A stretch of 64,000 nucleotides of DNA from positions 480,001 to 544,000 of the forward strand of contig CAWFFH010000003.1 in the NCBI GenBank assembly GCA_963815095.1. The letters are read 5' to 3'. The number at the start of each line of letters is the position of its first letter. Positions within the stretch are counted from its first letter, which is position 1. A model generated the notes under the pieces. That model was given only the letters and a program-made list of their open reading frames with translations, was not told where the DNA came from and searched no databases. The translations under genes and the position numbers were made by a program. The DNA comes from Candidatus Bathyarchaeota archaeon. GTDB taxonomy: Archaea; Thermoproteota; Bathyarchaeia; Bathyarchaeales; Bathycorpusculaceae. Below, one piece after another: positions 50,559-60,426 of this stretch.

Positions 50559-51356
50559 ATCTTTGGGCTTGGATCTTTTGCTTCGTTTTTTTGGGCTAAT
50601 ATTTTTCTTGTAATCAATTGCAAGTTTTATTAGAGGGAGCCAACTGTGTTTTCCATCGATTGATTTTTTGTTTAGCGCAACTTCTGCTGGTGTCATATCG
50701 CAAAGGCTTGGACTAGGGTTGACAAAATTATAATCAATTACTACACCCTTTATTATTAGCGGTGATTTTTCTTTACTGTGCAAGCTTTTCATTGCGTTAA
50801 ATCTAGCCCTAAATACGCCGTTATGCCCTTCAATCGCTTGGTTTTGTCCCATGTCACCTTCTCTTTTATTTACTGTGAGTTTTGTTTTGGGTCCACACGC
50901 ATCTTTAACCGCCTTATCATATACTGGCAGGCCATCGCATCTCACTTCAACAGGGGATTTTTTGGCCATTGCCACGGCATTTTTAAAAGCTATTTTTACT
51001 GTTTCAATTGTAACTGGATAGTCTATATTTATGCCAAGATCAAAACCAGTCTTTAGATCTCTAACCACCATTAATGCTAACTCATTCTTTCTAAGCTTAA
51101 AGAACATTTCATCCGTTTCCCATATGTCCCCGAACTGAAACTCAAAACCGTATTCACCTTTTTCAATATAATATGGTAGAGCTTCGTCTACTGCTCCTAC
51201 CCAGTACAATATTCGGCGGAGTATAGTTGCAGGAGAAATCGGAATTCCGTAGTGTGCCCTAAACAAGCGAGAAATCTTTCGTAGACACATTCCCGCATAA
51301 AAAAGATCAAGCAAATAAGCATACTGTTCTAAAGTCAACCGATAGCCCAATATCAA
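50535..51356 (-). CDS. second IS6-like DDE transposase/integrase
   Basis: HTH, WETDEM, CDGLPVY, NQAIEGHNG, YNFV.P...TPAE. Confidence 0.75.
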   Translation of the reverse strand: MILGYRLTLEQYAYLLDLFYAGMCLRKISRLFRAHYGIPISPATILRRILYWVGAVDEALPYYIEKGEYGFEFQFGDIWETDEMFFKLRKNELALMVVRDLKTGFDLGINIDYPVTIETVKIAFKNAVAMAKKSPVEVRCDGLPVYDKAVKDACGPKTKLTVNKREGDMGQNQAIEGHNGVFRARFNAMKSLHSKEKSPLIIKGVVIDYNFVNPSPSLCDMTPAEVALNKKSIDGKHSWLPLIKLAIDYKKNISPKKRSKRSKPKDSTLDSFV

Positions 51357-51555
51357 TTCCTCCCAAAAATTTTAGGTCCAATTATTGAAACAGTAACTTT
51401 CATAAAAGACAAGGACCAGCCCCTGAAACAATACCGTTGCTGGTTCTGTTTCAAATCACCAGCTTTTGCCGCTTGACTCACTACTGTTTCAAATGTGGAC
51501 TTACAATGGACTGTTTCAATGTGCTCAGTCGGATAAATTGAGCATTTCTTTTTTT

Positions 51556-52023
51556 TCAAAGTTTTTCGCTCGCTCCAAGTTTCGGTTCTAGATAGTCAAA
51601 AATTTTGTCGTCTTCCAGACCCCATTCACGGATGGTACTTTCGACTAGTTGCTGTATTTTCAATTTTTTACTCTCTTGCAGCATGAACGCCCAGACTTCC
51701 GAAGGTACTTTGTGAGACCACTCGATTTCCATCCAGAAAATAGCGGCCTCACCTTTATCCGGCTGGCAGTTGGTCCATTCCTCTTCGATTTCTTCAGCAG
51801 AGAAAAAAGCGGTTTTTTGCCCATGAAGAGTACGTTTTAGATTATCATAACAAATGATAAACTCACTTATGCCCGTCCAGTCTCTGAAGGCACCAGTTTC
51901 TTTAGAACCACACTTAGTAGCCAACAGTTTTCTAACTTCCACACATATGTCTGCAAACTTGTCAATGTCAGATTCTTTACCAAACAGCCAATTATCACAA
52001 CTACCCATTGTTTTACCACCCAT
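51556..52023 (-). CDS. hypothetical protein
   Basis: 155-aa ORF co-oriented with its neighbours. Confidence 0.55.
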   Translation of the reverse strand: MGGKTMGSCDNWLFGKESDIDKFADICVEVRKLLATKCGSKETGAFRDWTGISEFIICYDNLKRTLHGQKTAFFSAEEIEEEWTNCQPDKGEAAIFWMEIEWSHKVPSEVWAFMLQESKKLKIQQLVESTIREWGLEDDKIFDYLEPKLGASEKL

Positions 52024-52041
52024 AAACGATTTTACAATTTT

Positions 52042-52230
52042 TCATTTGTAACTTTGACCTCTACACAACCTAAGCCAAATCGGAACCCAAAGAAGAAATG
52101 TAGCCTTGTCAAGTGAATCATCCAAGGACAGAATCGTTTCCCTTAAGGCATTTCCAGGCGGCAAAGACTCGGAGACGAAAGTCTTTAACCTTCTAATGTT
52201 AACGTACTTGCTGCTTTGCAATTGTTGCAC
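52042..52230 (-). CDS. small hypothetical protein
   Basis: 62-aa ORF ending 18 nt before the next gene. Confidence 0.45.
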   Translation of the reverse strand: MQQLQSSKYVNIRRLKTFVSESLPPGNALRETILSLDDSLDKATFLLWVPIWLRLCRGQSYK

Positions 52231-52373
52231 CGCTAATCAAACGAGGCGGTATCATGGTTGTAAGGCTTTTGAGGACGTTTGGTATCCGAGAATTGCCCAT
52301 TGGTATTTTTTCGTAGTGCAAAAAGAGTTTGTACTGAAAGCTAAGTCTGAATATTGGAGACATTTTATTAATC

Positions 52374-54005
52374 GTGGCAATATTAGGATGCAATGACCCC
52401 AAAATGAAGACGCTGACTAAAAGCAGGATTGCACATGACATACTGCGAACCTTTTTTACTGCAGATATGAAAAGACAACCGTTTGTTACCGACCGTGCTT
52501 TTAGAACTTTAAAGCACAACCGCAATGAAGTACACTATGTAAAGAATGATTTGCTAAAGGCTGGAATAATAGTAAGGCAAAAGCACGCGTATGTTTTGGG
52601 TGGAGGGAGCTTTGAGCGACGAGACAAGATACTCGAATACCTTGATTTTGTCAGAAGTGGGGATCCAATTCGTATTCAAATCGGAACCTATAACTTGCGC
52701 AGAATCTTTAGCGCTGCCATTTATCCTGAACCGGGGAAATTTGAAGATTTTCTTGGAAATTCTAATTTGAAGGAGTTAATTCAAGGGCATGATGTTGTTG
52801 AGATAACACGCTCGGATGAAGTTTGGAAGCTATTTAATGAGGTCTTGAATGACTATAAGAAGTTCGATTGGCAACTACTTTGTTTGATAGATGTTATATT
52901 AAAAGCTGTAAGACTCGTCAACAAGAATGAGAACAAAGATTTTTGGAACAAGCGGTTCGATGACAGAACATTGGGTGAGGGACTTATTCTTAATGTTAAA
53001 AAAGCCATTTTTGACATTATCTGTTCTGAAATATACGCCGAAACATATTCTAAAACGCATTCGATATATGAAAAAATTGTCATAAAACTTGTGCTAACAA
53101 TCAGAGAAGTAGATATGCAAAATGCCGCTCTTGTCAGTACCATCAAAGGGCTCTTTAGTTTGCCTCAGAAAAGCACTAACTTTTCAAGATTGGACCTGTC
53201 TGCTGCTGAATTCGACCGAGCTCCAGAGCAGCACGGGATTCCAGATATCTGGCACACACAAGGAGCCTACAGCGATTTATTTAAGGTAATTTATCGAATA
53301 CTTGAAAACTTAGAAAGTGTATCTATCCGGGACTTGCTGGAAGACTGGTTAACTGAAAAAGACACGAACCTCAAGTTTACCGCTCAGATTTTCTATTATT
53401 TTTTAATCAAAGATAGACTGTTAAAGAAAGCCGCTTGGTCAAATGATGACCAAAAAATTTACAATAACACGTTGGACTATAACATTCAACTTAAGCATAG
53501 CCAAGACCTTGTAAAAGGAATTCTTGCAATCAATGAATTTCTTCCACAATTTACACCTCAAAATGACTTCTACAAAGGTAATTTGCTTAGAGGAATAGGA
53601 AAGAGACAAAAATTACAAGCCGATCCTGAGATGTGGCCATTCGTTTTGCAACATCTCGGCGTCGATTATCCCCATATTATTGAGCTTTTCAAAAGATGCA
53701 AATGCCTTTTAGACAAAATCCAATATCTTGAAACCCAGGATGAACGAATAGAATGGGAAAGGATAACGAAGGAGGCTCTTGAAGACAAGTCAGAGCGTCT
53801 TAATAGCGTTCCAGAAGTAAAAGAGACAAATAGTACTGAAGAAGCTGAAGCGACTCTATCTTTGACTGAAGTGGAAAGGTTCGAGCTAGAAGAAGAGACA
53901 TCAAATACTAGATTCGAACTTGAAAATCAACTAAAAAATTTAATGCGGAATGTTAGGAACGGTGAATTAATCAAAGGCAAATGTGATCTATGTCAAAAGC
54001 ATTAA
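52374..54005 (+). CDS. large helical hypothetical protein (possible N-terminal wHTH, C-terminal CxxC)
   Basis: 543-aa ORF; ends GKCDLC. Confidence 0.65.
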   Translation: MAILGCNDPKMKTLTKSRIAHDILRTFFTADMKRQPFVTDRAFRTLKHNRNEVHYVKNDLLKAGIIVRQKHAYVLGGGSFERRDKILEYLDFVRSGDPIRIQIGTYNLRRIFSAAIYPEPGKFEDFLGNSNLKELIQGHDVVEITRSDEVWKLFNEVLNDYKKFDWQLLCLIDVILKAVRLVNKNENKDFWNKRFDDRTLGEGLILNVKKAIFDIICSEIYAETYSKTHSIYEKIVIKLVLTIREVDMQNAALVSTIKGLFSLPQKSTNFSRLDLSAAEFDRAPEQHGIPDIWHTQGAYSDLFKVIYRILENLESVSIRDLLEDWLTEKDTNLKFTAQIFYYFLIKDRLLKKAAWSNDDQKIYNNTLDYNIQLKHSQDLVKGILAINEFLPQFTPQNDFYKGNLLRGIGKRQKLQADPEMWPFVLQHLGVDYPHIIELFKRCKCLLDKIQYLETQDERIEWERITKEALEDKSERLNSVPEVKETNSTEEAEATLSLTEVERFELEEETSNTRFELENQLKNLMRNVRNGELIKGKCDLCQKH

Positions 54006-54192
54006 CATAGAAAATTCGTGCCTTAAATGAGACGCAAAAATTTCCATCCTATTTATCAATTGTTAATTGTGTGTATGTTTTGCAGATAAATGCTATTCAG
54101 GGATTTTTTACACAATTGGCGTTGAATACAGCTTAAAAGATTCTTTTGGGGTCATTAAACATTGGGTGACGAAAATGAAGCACAAAAAATGC

Positions 54193-54975
54193 CTATTTCC
54201 TCGCAAAGGCAACTGCCAAAGAGTCGCTCTTAACAAGGCTTGCAGTCTTCAAAAATCCTATCCGTTGGTTAGCCTTTTCCACTTTTGGCGCATATCTATC
54301 TCTATAGCGGCAAATTCTTTCAACCGCATATCGTTTGGTATCTTCATCTTTAGCTAATGCTCGATCCCATAGGCTCATTTCCTCCTCTGGCTTTGCGAGA
54401 TTTTCGGGCGAAATAAGAAAGAAAAAATCAGCGAAGCTTTCCAGCGTCATCTTTTCCATCTCCTGCTTTGTCATTTTTTTGAAACCAAAACCAGCAAGCT
54501 TATCGATTAGGTCTTGCTCTGATCTTTGATATTGTCCAGTGTTAAAGTTGAGGAACATTCGGATTGTTTTTACCGCTATTTCCCTGTTGGCGAAATAGGG
54601 CGAGAATATGATGGGAAGCAGCTTTTTACCTTGGTTGGATACTATTTTGTCAATTCTATCTTTTAAAGCATAGTCAGCCAATTCTTCCAAAAAAACGCCA
54701 TCTAAAACACGAAGCAATCCCCACAAAGTCAACTCTATGAACTGCCCTTCCTGACCAACTTGAGACGCCTCAACTTTTATGAAGCCATCCTTTAAAAGCC
54801 TCTCCAAAGAACGTTTGACTCCCTGAACTGATATTTCACGAGCGGATTTTCCAGACTGCGAAGCTACTCTGCCCCTTAGCCTCTCAAAGTCGCTGAGACA
54901 ACAACCATTCAACTCGCCCGCAACTGCTAAAAGCAAGTCGTCATCATTGACTAATCGATTACCCATGGACAACAC
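54193..54975 (-). CDS. hypothetical protein with N-terminal wHTH-like region
   Basis: VKRSLERLLKDGFI...ELTLWGL. Confidence 0.6.
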   Translation of the reverse strand: MLSMGNRLVNDDDLLLAVAGELNGCCLSDFERLRGRVASQSGKSAREISVQGVKRSLERLLKDGFIKVEASQVGQEGQFIELTLWGLLRVLDGVFLEELADYALKDRIDKIVSNQGKKLLPIIFSPYFANREIAVKTIRMFLNFNTGQYQRSEQDLIDKLAGFGFKKMTKQEMEKMTLESFADFFFLISPENLAKPEEEMSLWDRALAKDEDTKRYAVERICRYRDRYAPKVEKANQRIGFLKTASLVKSDSLAVAFARK

Positions 54976-55153
54976 CTCATTTCTGATATTTTGTAATTGC
55001 AGCTATCCTCATTTTTACCTTTAAGCTTTTTTGCCAGTAAAGTAGCGACCGCTACAGCATTTCCTTTTCAGGGTTCTGTCAAGTTGTCGGTTGAGAAGGG
55101 GTCGTGTAAACTTTCGGTTGATTTGCGAAGAGACAAAAAGAAAAGGTGGTGGT

Positions 55154-55543
55154 TTAGGTTGGTTGCGGCGAGAGAGTTTTTCTTTTTTTGCTTCTTGCCC
55201 ATGCCGTCCAGATGACTATTATGCCTGCAATGGCGGCGGCTATGGTGATTGCGAAGAATATCAATCCATAGTCAGGTTGGGATTCTGGAGTTGGTGTTGG
55301 AGCTATGGTTGGCTCGGTTTTAGGTACACCGGGATTGGAGGGTTCGCTGGGAATGTTTATGTCTAGGTTGTTTTGTTCATCTGGTGGCAGATTGTAGTTA
55401 GGGATTTGCGGCGGCTGAAAATCTTGTGCGAGGACAAAACTGGTTGACGTTAAGCACAGGAGCATAAATAATGCTGTTGAGATAACAATTGTTGTTTTGC
55501 TTTTCTGGTTGATTGTTAAGTTGACCAATTGTTCTCCATCCAA
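55154..55543 (-). CDS. small secreted/membrane-anchored Pro-rich protein
   Basis: Signal helix, PTPTP linker, C-terminal TM. Confidence 0.6.
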   Translation of the reverse strand: MDGEQLVNLTINQKSKTTIVISTALFMLLCLTSTSFVLAQDFQPPQIPNYNLPPDEQNNLDINIPSEPSNPGVPKTEPTIAPTPTPESQPDYGLIFFAITIAAAIAGIIVIWTAWARSKKRKTLSPQPT

Positions 55544-55666
55544 AGGTCATAGTATTAAATCGTAATACATAGTGTCGAAGGGCATATATAACATTTACTT
55601 ACGTTTACATACAATTACAGATAACCCCTAAACAGCACTGCAAACATAAGACCCTCAGGATACAGG

Positions 55667-55825
55667 ATGACTAAACTAAAACTAACCGTCAGTCTTAACC
55701 CCGAACAAATACACTGGATAGATGAGCAAGTCAAACTAGGACACTTCGCAGACAGAAGTCACGCAGTCCAGTTTTCACTACTAAAAGTAAAAGAACTAAT
55801 CAACAAAGGCGAAATCAAGTTCTAA
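55667..55825 (+). CDS. ribbon-helix-helix (CopG-like) regulator, 52 aa, not in ORF track
   Basis: MTKLKLTVSLNPEQIHWIDEQVKLGHFADRSHAVQFSL. Confidence 0.8.
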   Translation: MTKLKLTVSLNPEQIHWIDEQVKLGHFADRSHAVQFSLLKVKELINKGEIKF

Positions 55826-56505
55826 GACTTCAAGGCTTTGGAGTGAGTTCCGTTTCTGGTTGCGTTACGTGTAAGCTTTTCTTTTAATTTTTGGACATCT
55901 CGGCTGGTCACTTGAAATACTTGTGCTGCTTGCCTTGTCTCTTGTGCTGTATCCTCAATTTTTTCAGAGGCAACAAGCAAAAGTTTGGGAAGATACTTGG
56001 AACTTAAGAGGTCCCGTTGAACCTTTGGTGGAGAAAAATTGATGTCCGCCAAGAACTCTGATGTTTTGCACAAAAGTTCGTTTGCTTCAAAGATTCTTTT
56101 GTAGCCAAATTCATCTAGTGATAAGATAATCAATCCTTCGTCATGACAAATAAAATAATTAGATGAAGTAAACTCTGAAATTTGGCAATTAATTCTCTGT
56201 GCTATTTCCTCCAAACCTTCTCTGATTTCTTTGAGACTTCGCTTAATTTGAGCCATCTTGAGGAGTTCATCCTCTTTCAAAACGATGCTTTCAGAGTTCA
56301 AGTCGTTTGACTCCGGATTACCTCGTTCTTTTGAGACACTTTTTTCTATTGACGCCCAATTGACAGCAATCTCCCTTAAAGAATGGGCAACTTTATCTAT
56401 TTCTTTGGTTTTTTCCCAAACCTGATTGCTTAATTGTTCATTTTCAAAGTAGTGGTTAGTAAGGTCCGAAAGTATTCTAATTAATTCGTTTTCCATTATT
56501 TGCAC
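55822..56505 (-). CDS. coiled-coil hypothetical protein
   Basis: 227-aa helical ORF with GAGGTG at the start. Confidence 0.6.
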   Translation of the reverse strand: MQIMENELIRILSDLTNHYFENEQLSNQVWEKTKEIDKVAHSLREIAVNWASIEKSVSKERGNPESNDLNSESIVLKEDELLKMAQIKRSLKEIREGLEEIAQRINCQISEFTSSNYFICHDEGLIILSLDEFGYKRIFEANELLCKTSEFLADINFSPPKVQRDLLSSKYLPKLLLVASEKIEDTAQETRQAAQVFQVTSRDVQKLKEKLTRNATRNGTHSKALKS

Positions 56506-57056
56506 CTCAAATAGGAAAAACTTGCATTATGTGCTTCTCTTGCCGAAATTATTAAAATTTTTGTACTTCTAAGTAGCGACCGCTACAACTGTGGTTCGCG
56601 CGTTATCTGAACAAGGCACAGTTAACCATCCAGAACCTTTTACAAGCTTGAAGGTTAAGAGCAACTCCTCTTTCGGCAAGAAAAAGATTTCCATAGCCAC
56701 TTACTCTGTAGCCACGCACTATTTCATTTTTTGGTGGCAACTGGAAGGGAACGGGGTAGGCGCATTAACCTTCGAATTAACAGACTGCCCATAACTCAGG
56801 AACTGCATAAACCTTTTTTGTTTTTAGCAAGTCATCTTTTCAAAAATTGTAAATTATAACAAGCAAACTATTCTATGGTTTAGCACATTCTTTCTAAAGT
56901 GTAGAATTAAGTAACTCTTGCTAATTAAGAGATTATGTAGTTTGCTCTAACAAAGCAAACTCCACCAAGACTTATTGTCTTAGGGGCGTGTCACCGCCTA
57001 GTCCTAAGCGAAGGGCAGAAAGAGAACAACAATAAAATGACTCTGAGGTTAAAAAA

Positions 57057-57884
57057 ATGACTAAAAAACATCAAATGCTTAAGCTGTCTGTACTCTTGGT
57101 TGGTTCATTGATGCTTTTAGCGGTATTTGGTCAAGTTATAACAGCGCAGGCTATGTCAACGACTACAAAAAATGGAATTATGCAAAATTTCGTCAAGCTA
57201 TCCCAAGACACAGGAAGCACTGATAACTGGGCAGGATATTTAGTAATGGGAGGAGCGCAACAAGTCACAGCTGCTATAGCATCATGGAAAGTACCAGCGG
57301 TAAGTGGAAACGGTTACTCTAGTTTTTGGGTTGGCATCGATGATTATGGAAACGACTTGGAACAAATCGGCACCATGTCTCAGATGGTAAATGGCGTAGC
57401 GACTTATTTTGCATGGTATGAGTACCTTCCTAGCAATTGGGTAACCATAACTAGTATGACTATACATCCAGGTGACACCATAATTGGAACCGTTTATGAA
57501 ATAGGCCAGAGTGGAACGTCCTACAATATTCAAGTGAATATCTACGATGTAACACAAGGCGACACACAGTTCCACACAACTCAATGGATAGCCAATTGGC
57601 ATGGTAACTCTGCTGAATGGATAGCGGAAGCACCCATTGTAGGTACCCTTCAACCCTTAGCAAACTTTGGCACAGCATACTTTGGTCAAGACTACACTAG
57701 CTGTATTCCATCATGCGAAGCAACCATCAATGGCCAGAGCGGTTATATTAGCTCGTTTGGCGTAAACAACTGGGTGCAGATAACGATGATGTCAGAAAAT
57801 AATCAGTATGTCAAAGCTGCCACGTCAGCCTTAAGCAGTGATGGCTCGAGCTTTACGGTCACTTGGGAAAACGCTGGACCATAA
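57057..57884 (+). CDS. secreted G1-family glutamic peptidase (eqolisin / Peptidase_A4)
   Basis: NWAGY, WVGID..LEQIG, AWYE, SAEWIAEAP. Confidence 0.9.
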   Translation: MTKKHQMLKLSVLLVGSLMLLAVFGQVITAQAMSTTTKNGIMQNFVKLSQDTGSTDNWAGYLVMGGAQQVTAAIASWKVPAVSGNGYSSFWVGIDDYGNDLEQIGTMSQMVNGVATYFAWYEYLPSNWVTITSMTIHPGDTIIGTVYEIGQSGTSYNIQVNIYDVTQGDTQFHTTQWIANWHGNSAEWIAEAPIVGTLQPLANFGTAYFGQDYTSCIPSCEATINGQSGYISSFGVNNWVQITMMSENNQYVKAATSALSSDGSSFTVTWENAGP

Positions 57885-58292
57885 GAAATAAATAAACCCT
57901 TTTTTTCTTTTTTGTTACTGTTATAACGGAAACTGTTGCCACAACTTCAATAACTTGTTCTTAATGTCGACCAGCCAGAATATCGTTGGTGTTTGTCGGA
58001 AAGGCAGCATATTAGTGAATAATTTAAAAAGCCTATAGAGTAGTCGTGTGCTTTATCGAATTACGAATTTTTTTATTGCTCTTAACGTGATCGCCCTGCT
58101 GATTGCCAACAGTTTGCCTTTTGAAATATTCGCGAACAAAAGGGCTCCACACGATTGACAGACAGAACTAAGGAATCAAATTTTCTAATCAGTTACGCTA
58201 GTGCGAAATCAAGTATAATGGCAAACAGCAACAGCTAAAATAGGGAAAACAGGGCCTGAGTAACGCTCGGCGTGCGCTAATTAAAAATTCCG

Positions 58293-58949
58293 TTAACCTA
58301 GATTAAGGCATGGTAGAGTCCCCGTGTAGGGTTGAGTTCCAACATTAACAATGGGAGTGCTAAGACTCGTTGAAGGCAGTCCAAGGACGTATAGCCCATC
58401 TGACCCTCCCGAAGTGACAATGTAGTTAACAATCACTTGATAGTAACTTACCTGTGTCACACTTGATTCAGTGACACTCAATCCTGAGCTAGTTACAAGC
58501 GTGCCATTCGATAACACATTTAATACAGGAACTGGATTCGTGACTGAAAAGGCGGATATCGATAAATTGTTGTAGTCGAATCCTGTATATGTGACTGTAA
58601 ATTTACCTACACTATTTGGTAACAGAACAAATTCAGTTGTTCCCGAAGTTGGATAAGTAGTCGTCACAAAACCAGTCTCGTTCGAAAAGGCCAAAGTCGC
58701 GAAGATGGCAGGACCCCCTTCAGTGACATTAGGAACTACAGTTGAACTACCGGTCGGCTGAGGAGAATTTACACTTTGACCCCCAACTAAACCAACTTTT
58801 TGCTGGGGAGAGGTTCCACTTTGCTTCTGAGGTAGGTAGCCAAATTGATAGTAAAGCGGAACCAACATAATAGCAACTAAAACTGACACTATCACGTAAA
58901 TCCATACGTGTTTTCTAATCCCTTTTTGCATCTGAAAGTCACCAACCAA
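58293..58949 (-). CDS. membrane-anchored extracellular protein
   Basis: N-terminal TM and Ser/Thr-rich beta region. Confidence 0.6.
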   Translation of the reverse strand: MVGDFQMQKGIRKHVWIYVIVSVLVAIMLVPLYYQFGYLPQKQSGTSPQQKVGLVGGQSVNSPQPTGSSTVVPNVTEGGPAIFATLAFSNETGFVTTTYPTSGTTEFVLLPNSVGKFTVTYTGFDYNNLSISAFSVTNPVPVLNVLSNGTLVTSSGLSVTESSVTQVSYYQVIVNYIVTSGGSDGLYVLGLPSTSLSTPIVNVGTQPYTGTLPCLNLG

Positions 58950-59474
58950 ATGATGGATGAACCGTTATTATTAATACTATACTTTAGGTCATATCACTTT
59001 CGAGGTGTCCACCTTTTGGAACGACTTGTTCTTGTTAACCAATTAAAACTTGGAAGTTAGAAAGTACCAACTGCGCTTAACCTTTTTCAGTTTTTAGGGC
59101 AATACCCTCTTATACAATAATTGCACCTTTCACGGTCGGTGTTAGTGCAAGCAGTAGCGGTGTAGAAACAAGCAGTTGGCTGAGAAGCAATAGACTGGTA
59201 TTTGTTTTAGTTAAAGACTTCATATTGAAAGTCTCCGTTCAGCAAGTAGGTTAATGGGATACAAACCGTTTAATTCTATACTTTAATGCTTATGCTAAAT
59301 AGTAGAACGGCTTGGTTGTCAAAATTCTCAAACTTTGAAAAAGCGGTGAGGCAACAACAATTTCTGCTCCTGTCAAGCCATAAACGACTCGAACGGTTCC
59401 GGTCGGGAAATAATGCTAAATTTGTAAATACTAGAAATTAAAAAAAAGGAAAAGATTTGGATAACTTACGACAA

Positions 59475-60293
59475 TTATCCTGTTTGAGTATATTGACCGT
59501 ACCAAGCATTGTTGTTGTAGTAGTTCACAGGAGAGAAGTGGTTGAAGTCGTTCAGGTATAAATTTTGGAAATTGACATTGTAATTAGCTCCATTATTCTG
59601 TTGGTAATTAACGCCGCTCCATTGTCCAAAGATATTTCCCTGAATCCCTGATCCGATCGTTGACTCACATGATGAGAAGACATATGACGTCGAAGTGAAG
59701 CCGGTATAGCGATTGCCTATTTCTTGCCACCCTGCACCCTTGTTGAGGTTGTAATATCCATGCCAAGTTCCTTGGTATTGTCCAACAGCAAGTCCAATGG
59801 TTTGACCAAGTGCGAGCCCTGATGGTGTTGCCGTTGTTTCAAGGACGTTGCTATCATGACCACCCCACCAAGTTGTTAAGTACACGTAAGGTGTTCCCCA
59901 GCCGTTGTTGTAATCAACTGCAATGCCAACTTCAGCCGCGGCATCCAGATTTAGGTTAGAGACAGCTGCCAAACCCATCCAGTTCGTAAAAGAATTCGAA
60001 CCCATTCCTATTGCGTCGAGTGCCACTTGAGCGTTCACCTGGGTCACGAGGGTTTCGGACTGGTCAGGTTCGCAACCATACGAAGTAGAGGCTTGGGGCG
60101 ATGCGCCAGATTGTGTCGTGTTCATTCCTGATGGCGGTAATGGCTGAGGAAACGTTCTCGGTCCTGCGCTATTACCTGCCGTGGCTGCCTGTGCAGGCTG
60201 CATGAGCAAGTTTGCTGCCATCAAACTAAATAGTAAGACGGCGATTGCTCCAATCATTTGTTTGCTAGGTTTAATTTTAACCATTTTAGTCAT
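59475..60293 (-). CDS. secreted protein, possibly neprosin/glutamic-peptidase-like
   Basis: Signal peptide, Pro-rich propeptide, AEVGI and CES acidic motifs; weak. Confidence 0.5.
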   Translation of the reverse strand: MTKMVKIKPSKQMIGAIAVLLFSLMAANLLMQPAQAATAGNSAGPRTFPQPLPPSGMNTTQSGASPQASTSYGCEPDQSETLVTQVNAQVALDAIGMGSNSFTNWMGLAAVSNLNLDAAAEVGIAVDYNNGWGTPYVYLTTWWGGHDSNVLETTATPSGLALGQTIGLAVGQYQGTWHGYYNLNKGAGWQEIGNRYTGFTSTSYVFSSCESTIGSGIQGNIFGQWSGVNYQQNNGANYNVNFQNLYLNDFNHFSPVNYYNNNAWYGQYTQTG

Positions 60294-60426
60294 TCCTTCT
60301 ATAGCCCTATGGTTTGCTGAGCACTGCTATAATTCTACACATTAGCCTGTTTTTCTAAATTTTAGAACAAGAGCACTCTAAAATACTACGAGTAAATCTT
60401 TAGCAAGTACTAAATCAGCCTAGTTC

